Assembly (NCBI RefSeq): GCF_030684315.1
Contig: NC_081396.1
Location: 5,394,001 to 5,458,000 of the forward strand
Direction: 5' to 3'
Length of the DNA stretch: 64,000 nucleotides
Source: Stegostoma tigrinum
Taxonomy: Eukaryota
This document shows, in pieces, positions 24,966-38,700 of this stretch. The notes under the pieces are model-generated. The model saw only the letters and a list, made by a program, of their open reading frames with translations, ran no database searches and was not told the origin of the DNA. Both the position numbers and the translations under genes were made by a program. Positions within the stretch are counted from its first letter, which is position 1. Each line of letters begins with the position of its first letter.

Positions 24966-26445
24966 GAAAAATATTATTCTGATCCCTGACCAGTGCATTC
25001 CATGAGTTAGTGCTAGTTAGTCATCTGGAAGCAGGTTTTAATTAATAGTGTATAGCCAGTGCAAAGAAAGCATGTCTATCCATGCGCAGAACAATCGGCC
25101 TCATTCATTGATATCATAAATTCATTGGTATCAAGTCATCTGTTGTCAAAATAAAGTATGGTCCACACTCACTTTGTAGATTCTGTCCACATACAGGAAA
25201 ATGGCAAGAATCTGATGTGGTCAGACTGTCCAGACAAAGTGCATGCGCATCCACTGCACTGTAATACTTAAAACAGACAGAAATGTCAAAGTTCAACCAC
25301 CGTCCCCTCCAGTATAATAAAGTGTGGAGCTGGATGAACACAGGAGCCCAAGCAACTTCTAAAGAGCACAAAAGCTGACGTTTCGGGCCTCGACCCTTCA
25401 TCAGAAAAGCGGGAGGGTAAGCTCATCCTATCCGCCTGGAGCTGGAATTAACCTCAGAACTGGCAGAAGTGAAGGTTACTACCGAGATGGTCCTCCACCA
25501 GTAATTCAGCAGGTATTGCAGAGTCTGTTTTTTTTCTTGAAGAGAATAAATGAAAAATCTGTCTCCAGGGCTGGTTTCACTAAGAATGCAAAAACACATT
25601 AGTTGATCGATTACCCTGGGAAAATGTATAAAAGTTTATTCCCTTGAAAATCAGACTTTTGATTCAACCACCGACTCAATCCCAATTAAACCAATTTTCA
25701 AATAATATAAAACAAAGAACTGCACGTGTTGGAGTTCTGAAACAAAAGCAGAAATTGCTGGAGAAACTCAGCAGTTCCAGCAATGTCTGTGAAAAGAGAT
25801 TTAACTCAGCTCTAAACGTTAGCTTTGTGTTTTCTTCGGCCAGTTAAAATAAGGAAGATGCAAATAAAGAAATTGCAGCATTCATGGCTTTCATTTTAGC
25901 TAAGTACTTTCTGCAGGCAAGTGCTGGACTCAAAAGCTGATTTCTTCTGCTTTGTAGAAATCGCCTATAAAGTGCCTTCGTTTTCCCAATCGATGCAGAT
26001 ACTTCCAGAGGCGGCAGCAACAATTGAAATTCGGAAAAGACATGTTGCGTTTCATTTTTAACAAGTCCGATGATCGATTAATTGATTAAGCATATGTGAT
26101 TTTGTTCTGGAAGAACACCACAGCTCTCATAGTTTGCGATTTCAAATCTCTGCTCGTAAACCGTCATTCCTTTGAAACCTATCAATCACTCCTAACTTCA
26201 TGTAGTAGGAGGCCATAAACTCTTTGCAGTATCAGTGAATTTAAATTGCCATAATCACACTGTTCATCTACACTCTGCTTTGTATTAGCTGTATGGAGAT
26301 GGATAGTCACATCTTTTAATGGGAACCTTCACTATTGATACCAGCATATGAGCTGATCCACTCACTCTGTCCACCTCCCAAACAGAAGGAATTGAGGGAA
26401 CAACATTGCTTTAATTCCTGTCCGGTCAATTCATTGCTGCCCATC

Positions 26446-26453
26446 TGATGTCA
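26446..26453 (+). promoter_or_regulatory. CRE-like motif upstream of V leader
   Basis: TGATGTCA about 180 nt 5' of the ATG; CRE-like boxes are typical of TCR V promoters. Function not shown. Confidence 0.35.
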
Positions 26454-26626
26454 GGAAGAGTCGAATCAGTTTGAGCTGTGTGTAGGTGGAAGGCACTTGC
26501 TGACAATGACAACCACCAGCTAATAAGCAGAGGCTCCGGATGTTACTCAACATTAACACAGTTTGCAAGTTTAAGAATGTTAAGATTAGATTGCTTTTTG
26601 CAAGCCCCCATTAATTAAATACAAAC

Positions 26627-27148
26627 ATGTCCGTTACTTTGTATTCATTCTTCACTGTCGCAGCCTTCATAACTGGTAATTCATCTTAAAATGTATACAC
26701 TCTTCCACATACAGGCATTACTGACATTGTTTTAAAATGCACTTTCTCTCTGTTTCGAAGTTTCTGTCAGTTGCCAGATAATGTTACATACCATAGCATA
26801 ATGATAATATATTGGTGTTCTGTATTCATATATTTCTGCAGGAGTCAGTGGTGCAGACTCGATCTCCCAGGAGCCGGTTTCAGTGATGAAATTTCAAGAT
26901 GATGTGGTGACCATTATTTGCAGTTATTCGACCACTGCTAGCACATATTCTTTGCAACTATATCGTCAGGATCACGACAAAAGCCTGACATTCTTGATCT
27001 TAATCCTTAACTATGGCGATGCTACCAGAGCTCAGGGTGTGGGGCCTCGATTTTCTGTGAATATTGACAGTGTGAAAAGTGAAGGGAATTTCACCATCCG
27101 TGATCTGCAACTGTCTGACAATGCAGTGTATTACTGCGGAGTGACAGA
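26627..27148 (+). CDS. TCR alpha/delta V segment, open frame but atypical (leader 26627-26675, V exon 26842-27148)
   Basis: Leader MSVTLYSFFTVAAFIT G|GTAATT; acceptor TTCTGCAG; GVSGADSISQEPVSVMKFQDDVVTIICSYSTTASTYSLQLYRQ...DLQLSDNAVYYCGVT; W41 is Leu. Confidence 0.88.
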
Positions 27149-27187
27149 CGCAGTGACAGAGACCAGAGGGAGCCTCGTACAAGAACA
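27149..27187 (+). promoter_or_regulatory. 23-RSS with non-consensus heptamer
   Basis: CGCAGTG, 23 nt, ACAAGAACA. Confidence 0.85.
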
Positions 27188-27994
27188 ACATCATTGGGGC
27201 AAGATGAACAACTAAAGGACTTTTGAGCGATATGCATTGATTACCAGTACTTAACAAACTAATTGCAATCAGACAATGGTTTGCACATGACTGCTCTCAT
27301 CAGCTCTGAACAACTCAGTGAAATTCCAGGTTTCAATTAATTCCACGGTGAGGAATTGGCTGGCAAAGCACAGTGAAGTTATCAGGCATCCCTTCACATG
27401 CATATCAAGTATTTGGTTTCTCTTGTTCATTTGTAACCTTTCCCATCTCTGTTTGGATACTGCTAACAGGGAGTGACAGGCGAATATCTTTCCCTATGTG
27501 CGCCACTTAGAGGTTTCTCAGAATTCATTCCTCTGCAAACTGAGACTGAACAGTGACAGTGAAACATAACCTCTCACACTAATTTGATCAACTGCATTCT
27601 TTCATTGAAACCAGTTACTTCAATTCAATAACGGCCAAAATGTCTGTCAGCTCAGTTAGACATCAAGCTTTATTCCCAGTCACTTAGAAATCAAAACGTT
27701 TCTACATGCAATGAGCAATCAAAATTTCTCTCTTCTACTGTAATGACAACTATTTATGTTTATTGATTTATTTTCTACGCATCAGAGTGCAACATTAATA
27801 TCTCTCGCTTCGAACATAAAAACAGACTTGTGGTTTTTAATGTCATCATACTATCCGATCCAGCTCATCGTATCGCATGATCTGCAGGAGCTGACAGCAA
27901 ATTAAACACAGACAATATGTTCAGCTTTTCTTTGTCCAATGTTCTGCATGATTCTGAAGCACAGAAAAATCCCTTGCAGTCTGGAGGAGCAGCA

Positions 27995-29201
27995 ATGCAG
28001 CTGTCTCTTCCCTTTCTGGTCTCGGCGACTTTCACTGTTGGTAAGGGTTTAGACTTTAAAAGAGGGTTTAATGACTGGAAGAATAAATTTGTAAAAAATG
28101 TATACGCAAGTTAGACAAGTATGGGAGTTGGACTAAAACATACTTGGTTTTTGGTGTGCACTTCAGGCCTTTGTCTCACATGACGAATGAAGGAATGTAA
28201 AACACAACGAGAAAAAAAACATGATTTTTTGTTATGTTGCTGGAATTGAGAGATTATAACTGACAGAAAATAATGTGAAGTCTTGGGTTCCTTTCTTTAC
28301 TAATGAGAATACTATGGGTAACGTGACTGTTGCCTTTACAAAGTTGAACATATCGTAGGTTCTGGACTTGTAGTGGAATATTCCACTTCAGTAGGACGCC
28401 AGAATTGTAAATTTTAATAGAAAATTTAAGTGGCACAAAACTATCCAATGACGATTTTAGGAGAGATAATGGGAACTTCAGATGCTGGAGAATCCGAGAT
28501 AACAAAAGGTGGAGCTGAATGAACACTGCAGCTTGGCCTGCTGTGTTCATCCAGCTCCACACGATTTTAGGAGACATTTGTTTAGCCAGAAATCAGATAG
28601 AATGTGTTTGCCATTACCAAAAGGAACATGTAGAATGCGAAACAAAGATGCATATAAAAGGAGACCAGATGAACACACGAGAGAGAACGGAATGAAAAGA
28701 TTTTTTGGTCGAAGTAGAGGGGAAAAAGGCAGAATGTCTGTGGTTATTCGATGCATGACCTATGCCTAACGTTCTGCGTGAGATTTTCTTCTCTAAGTTC
28801 TATCCTTTCTTTAGGTAATACTATGAATTTTCAAATTATGTTTGCTTCACTCAAACATTTAATCGCTGATTGCCATTTTCTCTAACTTGTGTGACAGATC
28901 TGAGCAAAGGGGTATCCGTTGGTCAGCAGGAACCCTCGCTCACACAGACAGAGGGAGAAGATGTCTCTTTAAACCGCACTTACACTGATGATGCTGATTA
29001 CTTCTTCTGGTCCTGCCAGTCACCAGGCAGACAACCTGAGTTCGCACTCTGAATGTTCAAGAGCGGTGGTGCTGAATTGACAGCGGATTTCGCTCAGGTC
29101 CAGTTTTCAGATACAATCCAGCAGTCAGACAATTTGTACCAGTTGACCATTTTGGCGTTTCTGCTTTCTGACACCGCTGTCTATTACTGTGAAATGAGTC
29201 T
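27995..29201 (+). pseudogene. TCR alpha/delta V pseudogene (leader 27995-28040, V exon 28898-29201)
   Basis: Leader MQLSLPFLVSATFTV G|GTAAGG; DLSKGVSVGQQEPSLTQTEGEDVSLNRTY (C23>R)...FWSCQSPGRQPEFAL* (TGA 29050-29052)...SDTAVYYCEMS; RSS CACAGTA, 23 nt, degenerate AGAGTAACT. Confidence 0.9.
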
Positions 29202-29429
29202 CACAGTAATGACTGTGAGTGAAAACTTCGAAGAGTAACTGCCACAGGGTTTTTAGGTCACAGCTGCTGGTTGTTGAGGTTTGCACATACACACGAGAAC
29301 TACAGGACATTCTTGTGAGGGAGAAAAGCCCAAAGGACAAACGACTTACAGTTGCTCATGCCGAATACGAATTCTGAATGTCGTATTGAACGCTTGAGAA
29401 CCGAATTCGCTACTTTAACCTCACTGCGA

Positions 29430-29760
29430 AGCCTCTTCCAGGGATGCCTAACCTGAAGAAGTTACCCTCCTCCCTCCGGACCAACCTCAGGGAATCTCTC
29501 TCCTATTGCAACTCTCTTGTAATCTCTTCGGCCTTGAAACTGCTCCACCTATCTTCTTCACTCTCCATCTTCGGTCCGCCTCCCCCTCTCTCCCTATTTA
29601 TTCCAGTTCCCTCTCCCCATCCCCCTCTCTGATGAAGGGTCTAGGCCCGAAACGTCAGGTTTTGTGCTCCTGAGATGCTGCTTGGCCTGCTGCGTTCATC
29701 CAGCCTCACATTTTATTATCTTGGAATTCTCCAGCATCTGCAGTTCCCATTAACTCTGCA
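29430..29760 (+). mobile_element. Penelope-derived fragment with terminal repeat
   Basis: 29547-29720 is nearly identical to 5727-5900, including the hammerhead core. Confidence 0.8.
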
Positions 29761-29769
29761 ACCTGCCTG

Positions 29770-31800
29770 CCACGACTGTTACAGAGAGGGAGTAGCCAAG
29801 TCCCTGTGCTAATTAAGCTTCACCACATGCCTAACTTGTTTTGAACGGATTAGAGATTCCTTTCTGAGAATTACCGCTCAACATAGTCAGTTTTTAAATT
29901 CACTTGACTTTGAATCCAGCGTGTTTGGTTACTGTTCCACATTTACTCCCAGAACTCCTCTCTGTATAACTCTAAAATTGAAAAATATTTTACCCCTTAA
30001 AGGGCCACAATTGACAATCATTCTACCCAGCTCTGCACCACTTCCTTCATCAGGAAAAAAAAAACTATCATAATGAAAAGGTGGCATCATGTATTTTTGA
30101 ATTTTAACACTATTACATTTTAACACTAAAAACATAGTTCAGTACTCTAATGTTATACCTTTCCATAATAATTCATGAACACATTTTACTAAAACCATGA
30201 TAACGCAGCTGCAACACCTGTTTTACAATCAAAAACATGTACAATCAAGTTAAAAGGCTGTAGCATAAGCCTCTAATGAAATACTCTCATATTTTTGTCC
30301 TTAAATGTTTCCAAAAAGCTGAGAGAGTTACGGTCTGTATACATATTTGTCTCCAAAGCTTTGTTCGTCGCATAAACATTAAAATGTTGTAGAGCCAATA
30401 ACGAACTCAATAATTCCATTTCAGTGGTACAGCATTTGCTCTGATGAATATTGAGTTTCTTTGAAAAGTGTCGATTTGGCCTTTCAATTTCGCCATCATA
30501 CTCCTGCATGAGCACAGCTCCAACGCTTATATCACTAGCAGCAATTGCGACTTTAAAGGTTTTAGAGAAATTTGGAGCGGTGGTTAATACAGCTTTTAAA
30601 TTCTCAAATGCCTCCCGGCATTGTCCGAAATTTTGAGTTCTTCTTTAGCAAATCCATCAGCCCTGCCACCATGCTAATAAAGTTCAGTACAAACTTCCAG
30701 TGGAATCCGGTCAGTTCCAAAAATCAAAGCACCTCTTTCTCCGAGTATGGGCTGGGAAATTCCTCGATGACCTTCGCATTTGTGTTCCTCGGGCCATCCA
30801 TCCATGCTCGATGTTCTGTCCCAAGAACATCACTTGTGCCTTTGCAAATTCAGTTTTTGCTCAGTTTTACCTCCTGTCATCTTTAAAAAGCGTTTCCAAG
30901 TGCACTGTGTGCTCTTTCCATGAATGGCTAAAGATCACAACGTCATCTACATAGACAGCACAATCAGGCAATTCTGCCACAACTCTCTTCATAAGTCTTT
31001 GAAATGTGACTGGTGCGTTCTGCTTACCAAAGGGCATTGTTTAAGCTGATACAGCCCAGTGTAAGAAAAGTACTTGCCAGCAACCACGGAGCAAGTCCAA
31101 CTTTGTCATAGAAGTGGCTTGTCCAACATTTTCCACAAGTCTTCCAACCTTCCAATTGAGTATGAGTCCGATTTAGTTATGTCTTCAACTTTCTGATAAT
31201 CAACACAGAACTATTGAGTGACATCAGGCTTTGGAACCAACGTGATCAACGAGCTCCACTCACTATGACTCGGCTCAATGACGTCTTCTTGCAGCATCGC
31301 TTCCACTTCTTTCCGTAACTCTGTAAGGGTTTAAGGGGATTGAGCTTGTAGGAATGTTGTTATATCGAAACTGCATTCCATATTTCATCGTCATGCGTCA
31401 TAGTATTATTCTTTCCCATCCTATTCCCACCTTTGGACTCATTGCTGCAACCGGCTTTTCAATTCAGTTGACTGTTTCTGAGACAGATATCTCATTATCC
31501 TATCCCACTCTCTCAGGACGTTTTCATTATTTAACTTACTTTGGTTCGTATCAAAATCAAATGACTCAGATTCTCATTCCTCACTGGGAGGGACAGTAAC
31601 TATTAGCTGCTTCTCCATTTGCCTGTCCTTGCCTTAATAGACTTTCAACATATTCACACGACAGATCGATAAAGCTTCTTTCTATCTGGCATCTTTCCCA
31701 GATAATTGACCTGACTCAGCTTCTTCTCAATCTGATAGGGACTGCTATACTTTGCTTTGAAGGGTCACCTACTACTCATAACAAAACCAATGCAAACATG
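29770..31800 (-). mobile_element. Decayed Gypsy LTR-retrotransposon pol (RT-RNase H)
   Basis: Minus strand: YVDD at about 30942-30953; ASDISVGAVLMQE...FSKKLNIHQ...EMELLSSLLALQHFNVY...YTDRNSL RNase H motifs; many stops. Confidence 0.8.
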
Positions 31801-32104
31801 CAAATTTTAGATTCCTGCTTCCTAGAAAAAAAAGACCTAGCTTCTAGTTCAGCTGAAAGCAGAAGCTTTTGGGGTCTCAAAACAGTTGGAAGCTTCACTG
31901 AACCGGCCTTGGCTGATACTCTTCCTGAATTTTCTATTGTTGTTTGATTGGATAACTGTCTGTAAAAACATGTGCCTGAAATTGCCTTTTTACCAAGAAG
32001 TCTCTTTATGGGATGTTACTATATTAGAGCAGTTAGGTAGTTATTCTGTTAATATTATTGCGTAGATTTGTGGCTTGGTTTGTGGATGCTGTGTTTAATT
32101 CTTT

Positions 32105-33640
32105 TGCCAAGTTGGTTCATTACCTGGTATTTGTTTCATTACCTTTCTGGGTAATATTATTAGTGCAGCCTCCGACGAAGCTTTGTGGTATTTTCCTGCT
32201 TGCTATTTAAACTCTGGGGTCAATTGGAGTTGGAATTGGCCAGGTCTACGAGCAAATAAACGGGACACCTGAGCGGTCACCCATTTCTAGACTAATAGCA
32301 GAAGCAGAGAAGCAAAGATTTGAAAGCATGGCCCTTCCATGGGTACAACCCCAACTATGGCTCCAATATGTGAACGACAGTTCCATCAGCATCAAATAAA
32401 CTAAGCTAGAAGAAACACATCTACTTACAAACAACATTTTCACCAGCATCAAATTCACCAGAGAATAAGAAAAGAACAAACAGCTCCCATTCCTGAGAAC
32501 GCAGGGCCAGCGGGGAATTTCTGATCAAGGTATATAGAAAGGCCACACATACTGATCAAGTCCTAAATTTCAACAATAAACACCTCAACACCACAAACAG
32601 AGTTGCATGAAAGCACTATTCAAACAAGCTGCAACACACTGCAGTAACCCAGATCTACGCCAAGATGAAGGAGAATTCCTCTACCAAGCATTTAACGACA
32701 ACTGATACCCAAACAGTTGGGTCCGACACTGCCTGTCTCAAAAACAACACCAGGAAGATAGAACAAAAACAAAGTTGCTGGAAAAGCTCAGCAGTTCTGG
32801 AAGCATCTGTGAAGGAGAAAACAGAGTTAACTTTTTCGATTCCAGTGACCGTTCCTCAGAATTGAGAAACTGAGAACTGAGGGTTCTGAGGAATGGTCAC
32901 CAGACCCGAAACGTTTTCTCCTTCACAGATACTGCCAGACCTGCTGAGCTTTTCCAGCAACTTTGTTTTTATTCTTGATTTACAGTATCCAAAGTTAATT
33001 TATTTTATAACAGGAAGATAGACTATGCCCTGACATTCTTGTCGTGTTACTATACATCAAGGTCATCTTTGTGCCGACCACACGATTCCTACGGCCACTA
33101 GGCATCAGAGTGGCACACAAACCTATATCCACCATGCTTCAACGGCTAACAAGGACCGAAGACCCCTTACCTACTATGGACAGAACGAACATTCTCTAGA
33201 AGATCCCATGCTAGAACTGCAGCAAGCATTACATTGCGCAGGCAGGAAGAAAACTTGCCACCAAAATACATGAACACCAATTATCAACAACGAGACTCTG
33301 TCAATTCTCTTGCCTCCATGCATAAAAACAAGGATGACAACCAGTTGGATTGGGATAATTTCAGAATCCGAGGGAAAACCAAACAGAGACAAGCACAGGA
33401 ATATTTAGAGGCCTGTTTCTCCACCATGAAGACAATCAATAAACGCTTAGAATTAGACTGTATATGCATACCACTGCAATGAAAGTCTGGAAATGATGTA
33501 ATCAACAGACCCAGAGATTAAATAGCAAGAAGGAAAATACAACAACACTTCATCAGAGGCTGCACTGATGATTTTACCCAGAAGAGTAATTAAATATTTG
33601 CAAATTAATGAACCAGCACAGTGAGCGAAACAAACACAGC
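32105..33640 (+). mobile_element. Penelope-like element (RT thumb + GIY-YIG) with inverted pseudo-LTR, interrupted by a hairpin element at about 32760-33005
   Basis: LWLQYVND...IKFTRE..KQLPFL...HTDQVLNF and ...QEYLEACFS..TINKRLELD; 32105-32220 is an inverted copy of 33508-33620. Confidence 0.75.
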
Positions 33641-35725
33641 ATTATTCTGTTAAGTTTTCCAGTGAAGTTAAGTTGTTCTAATTTCCTTTCGTTGGTTATA
33701 TTTTAACGACAATGTTATAGCATTTTTTTTTGCTTAATGTCGGGTAGTTTAATCAATCGCATTCCACCTGGAACAGACAGTTTATGCTTAAAATTTTCAA
33801 AAAAATGTTCTGGGCTACCGCCTTAAAATATGTTAACCTGGGTCAGGTATGGTCCACTAAAAAAATTAGCAATAACAACCAGGCATCTAAATGCAACTGA
33901 TAAAATAATTAACTTTCAACCTTATTTAAACTCTCCTGTTCTCTTCAATGCCTTGAATTTAAGACAAGTTGTATTTCAGTACTTATTTATTCCAGGTTTC
34001 TAAAGTCCAAAGTCGTCACTTGTAATAACACGGAATGAAGCAAGAATTGAGAAAATGATGAACAGTGATTGCAGCCAGGTTTAAATATTGCAGGTACAAA
34101 CTATATAACTCGATTGTGCGTAAACGCTTCTTCTGCAGATACATGCACTGAATAATAAACCCTCTGGCAAGGCTTCGATTAAAGTTGAAATGAAAGGATA
34201 GCTTGAATGGATTGGAGTTGTGCAAAAAGTTAGACACAGAGGTATAACAATAGCATAAAGGGAAAAGGGGAACTTCTGAGGTACAGTAGGTCACACTAGC
34301 AAGGCCAAATTTATTTCACAAAAATAACTGACTACAATCATTTCATAGAAACTTTGATTAATCTGGTTTTGAACAGCAACATGTCCAAATGTCTTAGCAA
34401 TAAAAAAAATGCTCAACTTGGTGCCGCTTGTTCCAATAGATTGCTTCAAAGGGCTTACGAAGTGCATGAAAAGCCTGCGATGTTTATGACTCTGGGGAAA
34501 AAAAGAAACATGTCTCGTATTTTAGTTGACTTATTTTATCCAGACCAAATGTCTCATGTCTCAGAATGGAGTTAAAAAGAAACTTGAAGAAGTTTTTGAG
34601 CAGCATTTGTTCCGAAGAAGGGTCTCCAACTGAAACCTCAGCTCTCCTGCTTCTCTGATACTGCCTGGCTGGCTGTGTTCATCCAGCACCCTTCTGTGTT
34701 ATCTATGATTCAGCATTACCTCGACCATGTGTTTTTAAATTCTGCACTGTTGTATTCAAGTTTTATAATTATTTGGCATGTCCATCCAAGAATAAAACAT
34801 TTGGCTGTCCTGTACAACACTTGTCTATGTTCTGATTAAACAAATGGTTAACTCTACAATTCAAAGTGTTTGCATTCATATTACACTATGCAGTTTGTTA
34901 GTTGTTGCTGCACGCAGCCAGACCTCTTTAAATACTCAATTATAGCTGTCATTGCTCACAAAACATAAGTCACATTCTCGGTTAGTACCATGCCAGAGCA
35001 ATCGTATTTCCATTGCAGGCGTGTGGATATTTTCGATCTACGGCATTATCGCGTATGATGTCGCTTAATGATAACTCTCTTTCTACTGCATCATACCATC
35101 TGTGAAGTATTACTACATCTTATACCATTAATCAGACGCAAACATTTGGACTCTCTTCCTACATGTACAGTTTACCAGGATTAAATAAGAGATCTGCAGT
35201 TGCACTTGCCAGAGAATTTGCATGAGATGGTCTTCCCCTCGGATACCCTTCTATTTCGTGCATAATGTTTTCAAATAGATTTGACATAAATCTATTGAAC
35301 TACTTAAGTGACACCAAAGTAGAACTATTAAAACATTCTAATAAACTAAAGTTACAAATTTAGTAGGCACCTAAACGTACAGATCAATTTATATCATGGA
35401 AGCCATGAGAAGAAAATGTTTTCATTTCATGATTAGACCTCAGCTCAGTATCTAAAGTAAGCAGTTGCACATGTCAGAGGCTAAAAGAGATGGCTTATGG
35501 TTAAAGCGAGGCATCAGCATTTTGCTTACGAGTATAACAACTTCATTCTCCTTACAATTTTGAAAATGAAAGGCATTGAACTGTGATATAAACTTTTTGT
35601 ACAGTATATTGTGAGTAATCCACTGGTTGAAATTTCATTGTCCGTCCGGAGGCTTTCACGAGGTACAATGAGTATGGGACAGAGCTGAGCTATGCAACTT
35701 TGGGAAATGGTTTCATTTCTGAAAT

Positions 35726-38700
35726 ATGCTGCATGGACAAGCTATTGATTCTATCTATGTTACCTGCATTCTGATTCTGGTAGTTGTTGGTATTCCTGGG
35801 AAGGAATAAATCTCAAGTAAGTTATTCATATTTATATTTCTGGAAAATGTATCTCCCCTTTCAGGGTCAGGATGCATTTTTCCAACAACCAACACTATCT
35901 GAATGTAAGGGTCTTCAACCAATTGTCAATGCATGTATAGGCCATGCATGATGTTGTCCTTTGTTATGGTGAGTTATAGTACATCAGTTGAGCTTTATTT
36001 CAATTTATTATGATGCATTTATGGATATACCGTTTGCGTATGGGTGAAATATGAATCTTGGTATCTGGCCTTGTCACATTCATTTGTTATATTGTCGGAC
36101 ATTAGATCTTAATCTATGAGAGCAAACTGTGTTTTTTTTCTGTTTGGGAAGTAGCATGCCAATTGTATGCAGATTGTACTGTGGTCTTATTGTCGTAGAA
36201 GATGAATTATGAGAATATAATCACTATATTAACTGTAATGTAACCTTAAATTAGTTTTGCCGATTGCAAGAATTTATAGTGCAACCTTGAATGAAGTACT
36301 CTTCTGCTGCATGCTGAGATCTAACCGAGCTTTCCTCATTTCTGATGTAATCTTTGGAATTAAGAACGGAAACATATAAAAGTGCAAAGTGCATGTGCAA
36401 TTTTCTTTTCAGTTTACTGTGCATATTGTCTTGTCTGATAGGTTTGTTCATTTTGGATAGATACATTTTTTATTAGTAGTAGGATGGGAGTCTCCCATGG
36501 CATTATTAATTGTCAATCACTAGATTCCACTTTAGAATACAGAGTTGCAGTTGTTGTATTGCATGTGCTGGAATTTTCAAAGAAATTTATCAAAATACAC
36601 TCTTTTCCAAAGATGCACAGATGAATATGCAAGAAAAAAAACATTGTTAATGAAGAAGTTAGAATTTAATTTATATTGTGAAAAAGGAAGGACAGTGATT
36701 GAAGAAGTAATTTCAAAATAGTAAATCTGTAGCAGATAAATGGATGATTGAACTGATGGAGATTTGCATACGAGGAAAGAAGGAGTGAGTAGACTTAAAG
36801 GAATGCTGAGAAATGAGATTTCGTAGAATGTGACTGGGACGAGAGTGGCGAGACAGTGAAGGCGTTTGAAATGTCAGAAGATGAGGTCATTAAATCTTTC
36901 TTCAATCCGTTGATTTTTTCTTCCTTCCTTTTCTTCCACAGCATGGTATAACACTCGTTTTCTCGTGTATTTGATGCTGCTGTGATAGGGTCCAGTTATT
37001 TTACCTTCCTTGTTGCTCCTTCCTTAGATCTAATTCAATTAGAATGAATTAATATGTCTAACTCTATTAGAATGCATTAATATTCCATTGACCTGGCGCG
37101 TGTAATTGATACTTTAATGGCAGTTTGATCGTTTGCAGATTAGGATATAGCTTGTAACTTCGGATCACATACTAAATAAATCCCTCTGACAGGAAGTCCT
37201 GCAAAATGGCAGGGTAAATTTGTTGGGAGTTCTCTCTTGTTCTCTTTCTTACTCTCTCCCTCTTCCATTCTGCAGCAACTAAATAATTCACTGAATGTGC
37301 TCCATTTTTCTAGTATTATCAGTTTCTAGAATTATCAGCTGGTTTCCTTCATCGTGGCTGTATCTTAGTAATGATTATTGCTGCAATTTTCAAACAGATA
37401 CTGTCATTTATTTCCCATTCAGTTTTCTATCTCGTAGACGCAAGCAATTTCCATTTTGCCTTAATTATTCCAACTTCTGAAAGTTCAGCCTGGTTAATGT
37501 TCATTTTCACTTTTTATTGTTTTTTGGGCCTTCCTTGCAAATAAGTGGGAATCGAGCGTTCTACATACAAAATCCTGCCAGCATTGATGTGAAAAACGTT
37601 AAACACCAAAGAGCTTTTTTTATTCACAATTTTAAAAAAACACCTGATTTATTACAGTAGTACAAATATGCACTGAATTGCTCACGTATATGTAAGTAGT
37701 ACAACAGAAATGCTTTCATAAACGAGTCTTAATTTTACCATCCTCAATATGTTCAGTGTGATTCTCTGAGCATTTCCCTTTTTTGCCCATTGATATTGCT
37801 AATTGTGAATAATTTTGCAATAATCTGTCAGAAGGGACAACTTTTGACCTTCAGTGAAAATATGGCTGTTTTCTTTTCAGTTTCCAAATTTCTTCTGGAT
37901 TAATTTCCTATTTCTCAGCATGGATATATTTCCATAGCACTTTGTCACCCGGGCCGTTATAATATCTTATGTTCGATGCATTTTGCTCTCTGTTGTGTGT
38001 CATTATATTAATTTGTATTCTTATTCCATTGGTTTGTTTGATTTCAAATCAGCAGTCATGGTATCCTTACTGTGCAGATAAGCCATTCAATCGATTAAGT
38101 GTTCTCTGACCATCCGAAGTCCCACCCAACCAATCCCCATAACCTCACATTCCTCTTAATTAACCCTCCTAGCTTAAACTGTCCTGGACAATGTGGGACA
38201 ATTTAACATTGTCAATGAAACTAACCTGCACATCTTTGGACTCTAGAAGGAAACCGATGCCCGTGGAAGAAACTTACACATACGCAGAGAGAATGTGCAA
38301 CCTCCACACAATTAGTCTGCCAAGTTTGGAATCAAACAAGAGAAACAGCAGGGCTCATCACTGTGCCACCCAATAATGAACACTTCGCAAATAGAAATAA
38401 TTGTCAGGATGTTAATTGGAACTTCCCATTCAGGTGCATGTCTCAAAAGGATCAAATTTAAAATCCTGTAGAACAGTTTTCGCTATCTAATGATCTTAGA
38501 TTCTGATTCTCCTCTGCTCTCTACGTACATGTGTGTATGCACGCTTCTCACACAGCTAAACTGACACTGATTGTGATCATTTCCCAAAGAAATCTTTCTG
38601 GATGTATTATTTATTACGTAAGGTCCATTGCAGTGGCAGATCTGCTGGTCATGATAACTGCTGTAATATTAAACCAGATTGCTGGAATTTACTTCCATCA

